From positions 128,001 to 192,000 of the IMG/VR virus record IMGVR_UViG_3300031420_000003: 64,000 bases of DNA. One strand, written 5' to 3'. The DNA is from a virus. The position numbers and the translations under genes were made by a program. Positions 33,091-42,832 of this stretch are shown piece after piece (position 1 is the stretch's first letter; each line of letters starts with the position of its first letter). A model generated the notes under the pieces. It saw only the letters and a program-made list of their open reading frames with translations. It was not told where the DNA came from and made no database searches.

Positions 33091-35271
33091 TCACTCTAAG
33101 TTGTCGGTGGTGAATCCGGGCAGGTCACGATGGCGGACACGACGGGTCAAGGTCTTCTCACCGCTTTCCCATTCAGCATCGGTTACCTCAAGTGGCGGGT
33201 GTTCGATGTTGACACGGATGCTCGACTTCGTAGAGACCTGAATACCCATGAACACGTTCATCGTGGCACGGATGCGCGTCGGTACCGACGTCCTGATTGA
33301 CGGCGTCACATCCAGTACGGTATCGCAGTGCGCACGCGACTTCGACTTCACACTCACAACCGTGGCCGGGGTGTGGTCAACGTCAATGGTGCCTGCGCCC
33401 GCTAACAGCATGTCATCAATCAACGGGGTGATGGGGTCAGTGACATCAAAGGTATCGCTGGACATCCTTGCCGCAAAGTGCACGGTATAAGACGCAAGCT
33501 TCGATATCAGCTTCACCATCGACCGTTGGATTTCAGCCTGTGAGATGCTTGCACTGGACTCAAACGCGGTGCCGAGGTTAAAGGCATCCTTCGCAATATC
33601 CTGCCATGTCTCCTGCGATATCAACGTGTAGTCGATATTGTAAATCTTGAAGAACTCGTCGTAAGACTTGTAACTCAGATTCAGGGGACACTTGTAATCC
33701 CGGTAGAAGTATTGGAACAACAACTTACCAGCAGCATTCTCCGTGAGGACCTTGCGATTCCCCGCGAAGACCCAACGGCGTCGTTTGCCCTGCATGATGG
33801 TCTGTGCCACAGAATACATCTCTTCGGCGTTCTCAATTGGCGTGAGTTGCTCGTAGTGCGTATCTGCGAAGTAAGAAACCATGCGATCGTAACGACCGGG
33901 CCAGCTCGGAATCAGGTAGTTGTGCATCTCCTCAACCGACACCCAACGCTTAATCAGCACGCCCATAGCGTTGAAGTCAGGAATCGTCTTCAGTGCCACC
34001 CCACTGAACCCTTTGAAGCCTGCGTACAGATACAAGGCCAAGAGTTCTTTGGTAGATATTTTGATGGTGTCCCCGGTGGTTGGGTTCAACACCTCGTGCA
34101 TGGCGTTGTAGGTGCCGCGGGCGGTGTAGTGCAACCACTCATTGAACAGCAAGTGGGTGAACTCCCAACGCTCAATGGCTTCCGGGTCAATCGAGGTGAC
34201 TTCCACGAGTTTGGTGGGCTGTGCCGCATACAGCGTTAACCCTAAACGACTGTCGAGGTCGTCTTGGTATTCCTGCTGGTACTCGGCGTTGTCATACGCC
34301 AAGCCGTACTCTTTTTGAATCACATCCGTGGTCGGCAACAGATTCAAGTCACGACCCGAATCCCGCTCGGTGTAGTTCAAAGACTTCGAGTAGGCGATTG
34401 GAAGTGGGTTTACATCATCGTCACTACCTGTGGAAGGGTCGTGAATCTTCTGACTCACGGTGTAGGACACTGCCGGCATTGACCAACCGGTAAAGAAGGT
34501 GTCCACCATCCAGTCAAAGATTGTGGTCTTGCCCGAGTTACGTTCCCAGTTTCGGATGTTGCGATACAAGGTGAACTTCATCTTGTTCGTCAGGTAAGGC
34601 ATGAACTCATGCAGTTCCTGATGCGAGGCCAAGAACTCGGTGACGTGAAACGAGTGCGTCTCAACGGTGTGGATTTTATCTAAGCGCAAATCCATCAACG
34701 TCGCGGCAAACCGTGGGAACACTTTCAGGTAGAAGGCCAACACAAACGCGTCATTGTGTACCCGCCACCCTTCCGCCATCCAGCGGACGTGCACCATGTA
34801 AAGCCACTCTTCAAACCGGGTCATCAGGGACGTTTCCTGCGGCTCGACCAGTGACTTGTTGTAATAAAGGACGGCGCACTCTTGTGCATTCACAGAGACG
34901 GCCAAGGGAATGGGATTAAACACCCCGCGAATATACACCGCGTAATCCGGGTAGGTGCCAATCAGTCCATCGATATACGTGTCAGGGTCACCACGATAAG
35001 CATTCGAGGTTTTCTTATGTAACGCCATGTTAGCCGGCGTTAGTTCGATGTCCTTCTTCGTATCCAGTGACTTTATTAACAACGGCTTGTCTGTCTCATG
35101 ACGAATACCCGCAAGGTGTTGGTAATAACGCCATGTGAAACGGTCACCTAAGACCGTGCCGCCACTCTCTGTAATAGCCAGATTCATCTGCTGGGCGATA
35201 ATGTCGGATTTGAAAATCAACGACTTCGCCAGTGCGATATTCTGGTCACGAAATATATTGAACCTTTGCAT
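33091..35271 (-). CDS. conserved phiKZ-like virion (baseplate-type) protein
   Basis: WRYYQHLAG.RH.TD, SLDT, IRGVFNP, HSFH...FLASH, LYRNI motifs; divergent from portal. Confidence 0.7.
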   Translation of the reverse strand: MQRFNIFRDQNIALAKSLIFKSDIIAQQMNLAITESGGTVLGDRFTWRYYQHLAGIRHETDKPLLIKSLDTKKDIELTPANMALHKKTSNAYRGDPDTYIDGLIGTYPDYAVYIRGVFNPIPLAVSVNAQECAVLYYNKSLVEPQETSLMTRFEEWLYMVHVRWMAEGWRVHNDAFVLAFYLKVFPRFAATLMDLRLDKIHTVETHSFHVTEFLASHQELHEFMPYLTNKMKFTLYRNIRNWERNSGKTTIFDWMVDTFFTGWSMPAVSYTVSQKIHDPSTGSDDDVNPLPIAYSKSLNYTERDSGRDLNLLPTTDVIQKEYGLAYDNAEYQQEYQDDLDSRLGLTLYAAQPTKLVEVTSIDPEAIERWEFTHLLFNEWLHYTARGTYNAMHEVLNPTTGDTIKISTKELLALYLYAGFKGFSGVALKTIPDFNAMGVLIKRWVSVEEMHNYLIPSWPGRYDRMVSYFADTHYEQLTPIENAEEMYSVAQTIMQGKRRRWVFAGNRKVLTENAAGKLLFQYFYRDYKCPLNLSYKSYDEFFKIYNIDYTLISQETWQDIAKDAFNLGTAFESSASISQAEIQRSMVKLISKLASYTVHFAARMSSDTFDVTDPITPLIDDMLLAGAGTIDVDHTPATVVSVKSKSRAHCDTVLDVTPSIRTSVPTRIRATMNVFMGIQVSTKSSIRVNIEHPPLEVTDAEWESGEKTLTRRVRHRDLPGFTTDNLE

Positions 35272-35283
35272 CCGGAGACCCCG

Positions 35284-38046
35284 ATGAGCGAGAATAAGAA
35301 GTTGGTAGAACGCGACCCGGCCGTTGAAGCGCTACTGCGCAAAACAACGAGCCCTAGCCAAGGCCAGCAGCGTGGCAAGCGTGAAGAGGGTGGTACAACA
35401 CCTACCCGTGCAGAACTCATGGGATTCGCGTCGTCACGTCTCCGTAGTGTTCGTAACTCAAAACAAATCTTTCAGGCGTTACCGGAGTTGGAAACGATTG
35501 TTACCATCGCCACCTCCTCTGTGCTGTCCACAAAAGACTTAATCAACACCACCATCATTTACGACAACGACGCCGACATTCCTCTGGACTTGCGTGCCGA
35601 TTTGATTGAAGTGGTGCGTGACTTTAACGACCGTGAACGTCAGCTGCCAAAGAAACTCTACAAGTGGTTGTACAATGCCAACCGCGACCAAGGTGCCACC
35701 CCGGTGCTGTTTATCTCCGATGTCGGCTTTGATGAACTGTTCAACCTGAAAGGTACCGATGCCAAAGTGGGCACCGAGTCCACCAAGGTCACCAACAAGT
35801 TCAAAGAAGTCTTTGAAAAGCAGCAGGGGCATTTAGGCAGCCTGAAACCGGAAGGTGATGCGAAGGTTGGCTTGGAGAGTATCCTCAGTCGCCGCCATAA
35901 AGTGCCAGACGGTCCACAGAAAATCAGCATCGACTTAAAGCCGCTGTTTACTGAACTCGGCCTGAAAGAAACGGATATCACCGGGACACGTAACACGATT
36001 GATATCGGCTTAACCGATAACAGCCGTATCCTTGTGGCCCACGAAACTATCCAGCGTGCGGCCCGTGAAGACAGCCGCAGCAGCTTGTACGGTCAGTTAG
36101 AAGAGGCCGCATATGAACAGGTCAAGGGCGGTCTGAACGGCCGTTTTGATGCGGATCAGTTTAAGGATGCCAACGAGCAAAAGAAAAACTGGCTTAACCT
36201 CGGTGACCTGAACGAGACCTACAATAAAACCCCTGAGCAGCAGATGTACGCCGAGATTCCGCGTATCAGCATGGCGGACAATAACCACCTTGAGTTCATC
36301 GAGCGTGAGTTACCGGCAGCCTCTACTCTCCCAGTCATTATTGCAGGCGATACCGCAAACCCGATTGGCTACCTGACCATCATTGATGAACTCGGTAACT
36401 TCGTGAACGAGAAGTCGTCCATGTACGGCGATGCAAGCTTCATGAACTACCTCAACAACGACGGTGCTACCGACTCTATCATTAACCGTGCGAACTTGGG
36501 CATGGGTAACGGTCAGTTAGTGACACCAGACATCTCCAATCGCCTTACCGCGCGTTTTGGTGAGTTAGCTGAGGGTCAGTTGGCTGAAGCGCTGTCACCG
36601 GCTCTGGGTGGCGTAGAACTCGATATCGGTATCACCGAAATGTTCGGTCGTGTGGTGTTAACTCGTCACTTGGCAAAACGTTATACGCAGGTTGTGTATA
36701 TCCCGGCTGAGAACCTGTGTTACTTCGCAACCGACTTTGATGACAACGGCATCGGTGTTTCTATCACGGAACGTTCGTTTGTTATCTCGACCATCCGTAT
36801 GGCCTTGCTGTTCGCGGGTATGAACGCCGCCGTTCTGAACTCGGCACGTCACCTCCAGTACGACATTACCCTGTCACCGGATGCGATGAACGGGAAAGAA
36901 GCGGTTGACCGTATCAAGTCCGATATCCTGAACGGCACCAACCGTCGTATGCCGATGTGGGGGAACATGTCGGATGTCTGGTCTATGGCGACCAACTCTG
37001 GCATTGCGTTTAACGTCGAAGGTAACGACCACTACTCGTCACACAAAATCTCGGTCTCTGATACCACGCCGGACTATAAAGCCCCGGACATGGAATTTGA
37101 CCAAGAGCTGCTGCGTCGTACCTGTCACTTGGCAGGGGTTGACCCAGACTTGGTGTTGACGCCAGAGAACCTTGAGTTTGCTTCACAGATTTACTCGAAG
37201 TCACTTCTGGTGACCCAGCAGATTGTGAAGAAGCAAGAGATTCTGGAAAAGCCGCTGAACCGCTACGTGACCAACGGTATTCAGTCCTCTCCTCGCCTGC
37301 AAGCGAAGATGATTGAAATCATTGCAAACTACCTGAGCGATTCTGAGCAGAAGACCGGCACCGAGCTGGTACAACGTATCAGTGAATACATGCGCGCCTT
37401 TATCAACGGCATGCAGACGCGTCTGCCACCACCGGACACATCGGCTGCGGCCTCGCAGATGGATCTGTTTGATAAGCGTATGGAGTTCTGGGATAAACTG
37501 GCTGACTTGGTGGTAACGGACGACCGTGTGAACGCACTGAACAATGCAGGCATTGCAATGGATGCCGGTGATGTGAAGAACATGGTGAAAACGTTCTACG
37601 CCCGTCAGTGGTTGCGTCAGCAGGGCATTGAGAATGAGATGTTTGACTTGGTGTACGATGACGATAAACGTCAGGACGTTATCAAGACTATCTCGGACGA
37701 AGAGCAGTCTGCAACCAAGATGCTGATGCAGTTGGCTGCCCGTGTGAAAGGCAAGCTGGATACCGTGGCGAAACAGTCCGGTGACCCAGATGCCGCAGGC
37801 GGCGGTTTCGGCAGTTCGCAGTTTGGTGGGGATGACGAGTCGGGTGACGACACTGGCGGTGGAGACGACATGTTCTCTGATGGCGGTGGAGACGAAGACG
37901 ACTTCGACATGGGTGATGAGTCTGACGAATCGGCTGATGGGGATAACCCGGACGACGACGGGGAAGATGACAACGGTGACATCACCCCGGGAACAGACGG
38001 CAATCCAGACCCGGATGCTCAGCCTGACCCAACGAAACCGGCGTAA
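35284..38046 (+). CDS. probable portal protein (phiKZ gp129/SPN3US gp81-like)
   Basis: ~920 aa on + strand; LPELE, YLTIIDELGN, YIPAENLCYFA.DFDDNGIGVS; acidic C-tail; synteny; start re-called at MSENK after GGAG. Confidence 0.7.
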   Translation: MSENKKLVERDPAVEALLRKTTSPSQGQQRGKREEGGTTPTRAELMGFASSRLRSVRNSKQIFQALPELETIVTIATSSVLSTKDLINTTIIYDNDADIPLDLRADLIEVVRDFNDRERQLPKKLYKWLYNANRDQGATPVLFISDVGFDELFNLKGTDAKVGTESTKVTNKFKEVFEKQQGHLGSLKPEGDAKVGLESILSRRHKVPDGPQKISIDLKPLFTELGLKETDITGTRNTIDIGLTDNSRILVAHETIQRAAREDSRSSLYGQLEEAAYEQVKGGLNGRFDADQFKDANEQKKNWLNLGDLNETYNKTPEQQMYAEIPRISMADNNHLEFIERELPAASTLPVIIAGDTANPIGYLTIIDELGNFVNEKSSMYGDASFMNYLNNDGATDSIINRANLGMGNGQLVTPDISNRLTARFGELAEGQLAEALSPALGGVELDIGITEMFGRVVLTRHLAKRYTQVVYIPAENLCYFATDFDDNGIGVSITERSFVISTIRMALLFAGMNAAVLNSARHLQYDITLSPDAMNGKEAVDRIKSDILNGTNRRMPMWGNMSDVWSMATNSGIAFNVEGNDHYSSHKISVSDTTPDYKAPDMEFDQELLRRTCHLAGVDPDLVLTPENLEFASQIYSKSLLVTQQIVKKQEILEKPLNRYVTNGIQSSPRLQAKMIEIIANYLSDSEQKTGTELVQRISEYMRAFINGMQTRLPPPDTSAAASQMDLFDKRMEFWDKLADLVVTDDRVNALNNAGIAMDAGDVKNMVKTFYARQWLRQQGIENEMFDLVYDDDKRQDVIKTISDEEQSATKMLMQLAARVKGKLDTVAKQSGDPDAAGGGFGSSQFGGDDESGDDTGGGDDMFSDGGGDEDDFDMGDESDESADGDNPDDDGEDDNGDITPGTDGNPDPDAQPDPTKPA

Positions 38047-38108
38047 CAAAAAAAAAGAAAGCAGTGGCAAGTACCCACCCCTCGGGGTGGGTTACTTTAT
38101 TTTGTTTG
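38047..38108. terminator. bidirectional terminator between convergent genes
   Basis: ACCCACCC-tc-GGGGTGGGT hairpin, A-run on left and T-run on right. Confidence 0.75.
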
Positions 38109-38453
38109 CCCTTCTGGACGAACACCCAACATATCAGGCGTAAGACCACGTGCTTTGATTGTCGTGTCGCGTACAAGCATTTCCATTTCACTAATTTCCA
38201 TGTCGATATGTAAATCGGTGGCAATGTAAGGTTCGTATTGCTCGGTCATAAGCGGCTCCAAGTCAGCGATGGTGAAGCTGATATCGATAGTATCCGAATC
38301 ACGACGACGCACGGTGGATGCGCCAATGCGGCGGGTTTGCGATGCGATGTACGCATCCATATCCCGATGCCACTGGTCAGCACGTTTGGCAATGTTGCGG
38401 GCATCTATCCGACGGATGGCATTTTTCTTACAACGCCAGGGTGAATGCTTCAT
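38097..38453 (-). CDS. hypothetical protein
   Basis: 118-aa ORF, ATGA overlap with upstream small ORF. Confidence 0.7.
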   Translation of the reverse strand: MKHSPWRCKKNAIRRIDARNIAKRADQWHRDMDAYIASQTRRIGASTVRRRDSDTIDISFTIADLEPLMTEQYEPYIATDLHIDMEISEMEMLVRDTTIKARGLTPDMLGVRPEGQTK

Positions 38454-38584
38454 TTCTTTTTGTCTCCGTGCACAAGTTTATCCAAGCGTCGTATCCAGCC
38501 GAGTTCCTGCCAGATAAAGAGCAGCCCCGCTGCGGCAAACAACACACAGAGTAAAATCAAAAAGAACTTCGTTACTGGGTCCAC
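38450..38584 (-). CDS. small membrane protein (44 aa, absent from ORF track)
   Basis: GTG start after AAGGAGTAAT; MDPVTKFFLILLCVLFAAAGLLFIWQELGWIRRLDKLVHGDKKK. Confidence 0.7.
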   Translation of the reverse strand: MDPVTKFFLILLCVLFAAAGLLFIWQELGWIRRLDKLVHGDKKK

Positions 38585-38600
38585 AAATTACTCCTTGCTA

Positions 38601-38918
38601 TTATTTCCAGAAACCGGAACGCCACTTCATCCCGGTCATGTTTGTCATTTTACGAAAGGTCTGGGCCGCGTCACTGTTGTACTTGTCCTCCACCACTTCC
38701 CATTCGTCCCAGCAATCCCACGGGCGTTTATGGAGAAACTGCACCCACTCTTTGCGAACCGCGACAGCGAGATTACGCCCACGTCCGATCTCAATGCTGG
38801 TTTTGTAATAGAGGAAAAGTAGCTGGCCAATGGCCGAGAGGAAAATCCAGATGAGCATCGCGCAACCCATCGCGGCTGCTATCGTGTATGCCCAATCAAA
38901 CAGCGATGAGAGGCTCAC
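38601..38918 (-). CDS. membrane protein
   Basis: N-terminal hydrophobic helix; Trp-rich C-half. Confidence 0.65.
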   Translation of the reverse strand: MSLSSLFDWAYTIAAAMGCAMLIWIFLSAIGQLLFLYYKTSIEIGRGRNLAVAVRKEWVQFLHKRPWDCWDEWEVVEDKYNSDAAQTFRKMTNMTGMKWRSGFWK

Positions 38919-39340
38919 AGCAGGCCTCTTTCACGGTAGATTTGGCTACGCTTGTATTTAGCGGCGCGCTTCTTAGCGGCCTTCTCAGCGCGTCTCTGCT
39001 TGTGTGTCTTGGCAGGCTTGATCCACTGACCCTTTGCTGCGATCTCGGCTGCCTGTTCATGGCTGATCACGCTGCCTAAGCTATCCACCATTAACATACG
39101 TCCCGGCGGCAGTTGACGGGCGGCTTCACGGTAACCTTCTACCATTTTATTGGCCGCTTCACGATCCAACATATTGCCCATTTCAACGAGTTCATTTACG
39201 AACTCCTCGGCTTTCTCAGCATCGCCAGCGGTGTCGATGTGCAGCTTGGCCAGCAATTCTGCATTGGCCGGAACAGTTGCGCCGTCAACTATCATACGTG
39301 GTTCACCGCGCTCATTAAAACTTACCAGTTGATCTTTCAT
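38915..39340 (-). CDS. hypothetical protein with basic C-terminus
   Basis: GGGAGTAAT RBS; KQRRAEKAAKKRAAKYKR tail. Confidence 0.75.
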   Translation of the reverse strand: MKDQLVSFNERGEPRMIVDGATVPANAELLAKLHIDTAGDAEKAEEFVNELVEMGNMLDREAANKMVEGYREAARQLPPGRMLMVDSLGSVISHEQAAEIAAKGQWIKPAKTHKQRRAEKAAKKRAAKYKRSQIYRERGLL

Positions 39341-39360
39341 GCTTATTACTCCCTACGATT

Positions 39361-39392
39361 AAATAAAAGAAAAGGGAGACCGAAGTCTCCCT
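39361..39392 (-). terminator. intrinsic terminator (UUCG loop)
   Basis: AGGGAGAC-cgaa-GTCTCCCT. Confidence 0.8.
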
Positions 39393-39399
39393 GTTTAAC

Positions 39400-41019
39400 T
39401 TAGTAACGGATTGCCGCACCCACACCGCCGCTGCTCAGCAGCAGGTGACGTGAGGTTGGGGTTTCCAGCACCACATTCATACCCGGCTTGTGCTTATACA
39501 ACTCTTCGTAAATCTCAGAGATTGCATCCGCCGTTGACGCCAGTGTGTGCGTACCGATGGTGTGTTCCTTTTCCACCGCGCCATACAGACCCGGGATAAC
39601 CACAGAGGCGATCGTGTGTGACAGCACCAGTACGGTACCTTCACCTTCACAACGCACAACGTGTTTACCGAGGGACAGCGCTACCATTTCCAGCAGCTCA
39701 CGGAACCAATCTTCTTCCGTGCTGGTCCCGTTATCCGCAACCGTTGATTCGTATACGTTCGTGGTGAAGTATTCGAGATCTTCTGCTTTGCGTTCCAGCG
39801 AAACGATACGTCCGTTTGGCAGTTTGGTACCACCCTGCGTCATGATAGACAGTGCGTTGTGCACATGGATGTCAATCAGGTACAGGTAGCTGTTAACAAA
39901 ACGACGCGCTTCGCCAGCCGTGGTGACGGTGGAGAATTTGCCTTCGTTGATTTTCTGATGCAGCCCGATAACGTTCTTACGCAGGTTCTGAATCACACCC
40001 TGCACAAGATCAATCAGCTTATCGATATCGTCCGTGGTCTGTGCTTTGGCCAGACGTGACATCTCATTACGGTGAGTTTCGAAGAAGCTGCGAATCATAT
40101 CGCGATCGCTTTCTTCATGGCCCACGTAGTAAGTCCGCACATCTTCATCCAGACGCACCAGAATATCCGCATCTTGGAAATACACAGCGCCTGCATCATT
40201 CTGTGTGATCTCAGCAAGTTCTTTGCTCCAGCTACCACCGTCGGTGAAGACCTTCACATCCGCATTGGCCTGCTTAGCGGGTTTCGATACTTGCTCAACC
40301 TTCACTTCTAATTCATGCGCTGCGTAGTTTTCCATGTTTTCATCCATCACGTTGAAGACGCTGTCGTTTAACTCACGGTTATCAGATTGTCCGGTCAGGA
40401 CGGCTAACTGTGCACCGTTCTGAGGAGAAGGGGCGGTTTGTGCTGTTGCCAGCAGTTCATGCCCAGACGGTTGTGGTGCAGCAGCTTGTGCCGGAGCCGG
40501 TACTGCGCCCGTGGTCAGTACAGACAGGCCTGCATCCGCGTTGGTGTTCGGTGCCGCAGACGGGGTAACCGTTAATGGGATTCCACCGCCGCCACCGCCC
40601 AGTGCCAGACTCACACCGCCGCCACTACCACCCGGGGCGCTCAGTAAGCTGGTTCCGGTATTACCACCGCCCAACAGGCCACCGTTGTTTGCAGCCTGAG
40701 ATTGCTTGATCAACGCGATCGCGTTATTAAACGTCGTGGTCAAGCTGTTGTGCAGATTCGCATCCGGGAAACGTTCGTTACGTTGAACCAGACCCTGATA
40801 CACCGCCGACTTAAACGCATCAACCAACGAGTTGATTGTGGTCGCTTCATCCACACCTTTACCCAGCGCGATAGAGGCGATTGCTTGTGCAATACGCGCA
40901 GCATCATTGAGCTGTAAACCTTTGGCCTCGGCTGCGCCCAAAAGTTTCGCCAGGACTGCATCCTTTGATTTTGCATCACGCAGGACGGCCTGAATTCTAT
41001 CCATTGGTACGTTCGACAT
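39400..41019 (-). CDS. hypothetical protein with Gly/Ala/Pro-rich linker
   Basis: 539 aa, AAGGAG RBS; follows RNAP subunit gene. Confidence 0.8.
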   Translation of the reverse strand: MSNVPMDRIQAVLRDAKSKDAVLAKLLGAAEAKGLQLNDAARIAQAIASIALGKGVDEATTINSLVDAFKSAVYQGLVQRNERFPDANLHNSLTTTFNNAIALIKQSQAANNGGLLGGGNTGTSLLSAPGGSGGGVSLALGGGGGGIPLTVTPSAAPNTNADAGLSVLTTGAVPAPAQAAAPQPSGHELLATAQTAPSPQNGAQLAVLTGQSDNRELNDSVFNVMDENMENYAAHELEVKVEQVSKPAKQANADVKVFTDGGSWSKELAEITQNDAGAVYFQDADILVRLDEDVRTYYVGHEESDRDMIRSFFETHRNEMSRLAKAQTTDDIDKLIDLVQGVIQNLRKNVIGLHQKINEGKFSTVTTAGEARRFVNSYLYLIDIHVHNALSIMTQGGTKLPNGRIVSLERKAEDLEYFTTNVYESTVADNGTSTEEDWFRELLEMVALSLGKHVVRCEGEGTVLVLSHTIASVVIPGLYGAVEKEHTIGTHTLASTADAISEIYEELYKHKPGMNVVLETPTSRHLLLSSGGVGAAIRY

Positions 41020-41051
41020 CTGTTACTCCTTGCAGTTTAAATTAGGTTTTG

Positions 41052-42821
41052 TTAGCGACCGATCTTCGAGATATCATCCTGCGTCTCACGAACGACAGGC
41101 TCAAGTTTCGGATTGTAGCCCATCACGAGATTACGTGAGGTCTGCATGTACTGGTTAAGGATACCGTACTTGTACGGGCTTGACTTCGGAATGTAGTAAA
41201 TGTTGCCACACACCGCATGAGAAGCACTCGCATGTTTGGTACGGTCATTAAGGTTAACTGTCTTACCACCTTTCTTCTTCTTGTTGTCCGTCTCTGTTTG
41301 GCTGATGGCGTGTGTGGACACGGCCAGTACCATGGATTCGGTTGACGCGTTGAAGAAACTGATGGCTCCGTTACTGGTGATACTGCGCGTAACGAGATTG
41401 TGGTTGATATCTTTGTTCAGGTGTCCTTTCACCGTGGTGCCGCAACTCTCAGATGACTTATCATCCAATCCTTCCAGCTTCCAACGGATACGGGATACCG
41501 TACTGGTAAAGCCCTGCGTGCCAAGCAACAGATAATCCACAACGGTCAGACGTTTGCCAAACATCGATGGGATGTCATCTTGGCGCGTCAGACGCGTACG
41601 AATCATGAGCTTGGTGGCGTACATCAAGAAGTCGAAGGTATCCATATCCGGATCGATGTCCGGGTCTGACACCATCAACTCACCACGGAACGTGTCGCTT
41701 AAGTAACGCGGACACTCGCCGAAGTGTGTCGCCATGCTGCGATGCAATTCCACATCGGATGTTTTGGTTCCCATGATACTGCGCCCCAGCACTTCTTTCC
41801 ACACACCGGGTGAGTTCAAGTTCGCCAGATCCTCTTCCTGCGAGAATTCATCGAGCTTTGTGAACAACGGCGTCAGTTGGCTTAAGCCACTGCGGCTGTT
41901 CTGTTTACTGGCGTAATAATGCGCGGCTTTAAAGAACGCCCCACACATCACCAGCAACGTGTGTTCATCCTGCTCCCAACGTGGCTTATCCATGTTCGGG
42001 AAAGCAGACACCGGCACTTGCAGCGCGTATTGAATCGTACGAGACACACGCGGGTCAGCACCCGAAGAGATAATGACGTTCTCTTCTAAGTCCACTTCCG
42101 GCACTTTATAAGCTGGGATGATTTTCACATCCACGCCGGTATAACGTTTGATGGCTTCAGTGAAACCGTACTTACCGAACAGCCAGTACACCAGCGGTTT
42201 TTCATCCGCATCGTGACCGGTAGGATTCTTCGGTGTATACAGGTTCGATGTGCCCGGAATGTACAACTCTTCCTTGCGACCATTCACCAGTATCTTCACA
42301 GGGTGCTTGCCGAACTTCAGAGACACCTTGCGGGTGAAGTCGAAGTTTACAAACAGACCGTTATGCTCTTGGCAGATCCCGGGTTGGTGGATAACCGGTG
42401 CAACATGGTAGCTTGTGCCCCAGTAATTCATCAACCCACCGCGACGGATAAACGGCAGATACATCGGACGAGTCAAGACTTTGCTCTCTCCCGGAATACG
42501 GAAGCGTGCGCCAATCATGTACGTATCGGTTTCAGCAATCGGAATCGGTGCTTTACCACGGCCACTACGGCTGTCTTGTCGACTGATTTTAAAGATGAAT
42601 GATTCAAAAGGCGACATAAAGCGATAGCCAACATAACCTAACCCTTCTGGCAGACGCGGGTTGTTATCCCGGTCGTAGGTTAGTTCCCGTCGAAGAATAG
42701 TGTTCACACGCTCGTGTATCCCGTCCTTTGCTTGGGTGTAACCTACACCTTCTGCAACAGCACGGTTAAACGTCGCTATGCGCTTATCCTCCTGAAGTCG
42801 TCGTATGGCATCTTTAAACAC
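41052..42821 (-). CDS. non-virion RNA polymerase beta-subunit N-terminal part (phiKZ gp123-like)
   Basis: GYRFMSPFE, MYLPFIRRGGLMNYWGTSYHVAPV (beta N-terminal pattern), GKRLTVVDYLL, HASASH, GILNQY; synteny near capsid gene. Confidence 0.75.
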   Translation of the reverse strand: MFKDAIRRLQEDKRIATFNRAVAEGVGYTQAKDGIHERVNTILRRELTYDRDNNPRLPEGLGYVGYRFMSPFESFIFKISRQDSRSGRGKAPIPIAETDTYMIGARFRIPGESKVLTRPMYLPFIRRGGLMNYWGTSYHVAPVIHQPGICQEHNGLFVNFDFTRKVSLKFGKHPVKILVNGRKEELYIPGTSNLYTPKNPTGHDADEKPLVYWLFGKYGFTEAIKRYTGVDVKIIPAYKVPEVDLEENVIISSGADPRVSRTIQYALQVPVSAFPNMDKPRWEQDEHTLLVMCGAFFKAAHYYASKQNSRSGLSQLTPLFTKLDEFSQEEDLANLNSPGVWKEVLGRSIMGTKTSDVELHRSMATHFGECPRYLSDTFRGELMVSDPDIDPDMDTFDFLMYATKLMIRTRLTRQDDIPSMFGKRLTVVDYLLLGTQGFTSTVSRIRWKLEGLDDKSSESCGTTVKGHLNKDINHNLVTRSITSNGAISFFNASTESMVLAVSTHAISQTETDNKKKKGGKTVNLNDRTKHASASHAVCGNIYYIPKSSPYKYGILNQYMQTSRNLVMGYNPKLEPVVRETQDDISKIGR

Positions 42822-42832
42822 GCGTCACCTCG

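Noticed and set aside
37201-38070. 289-aa minus-strand ORF
   Set aside because: Antisense shadow of the portal gene's biased-codon acidic tail; no RBS, unnatural composition
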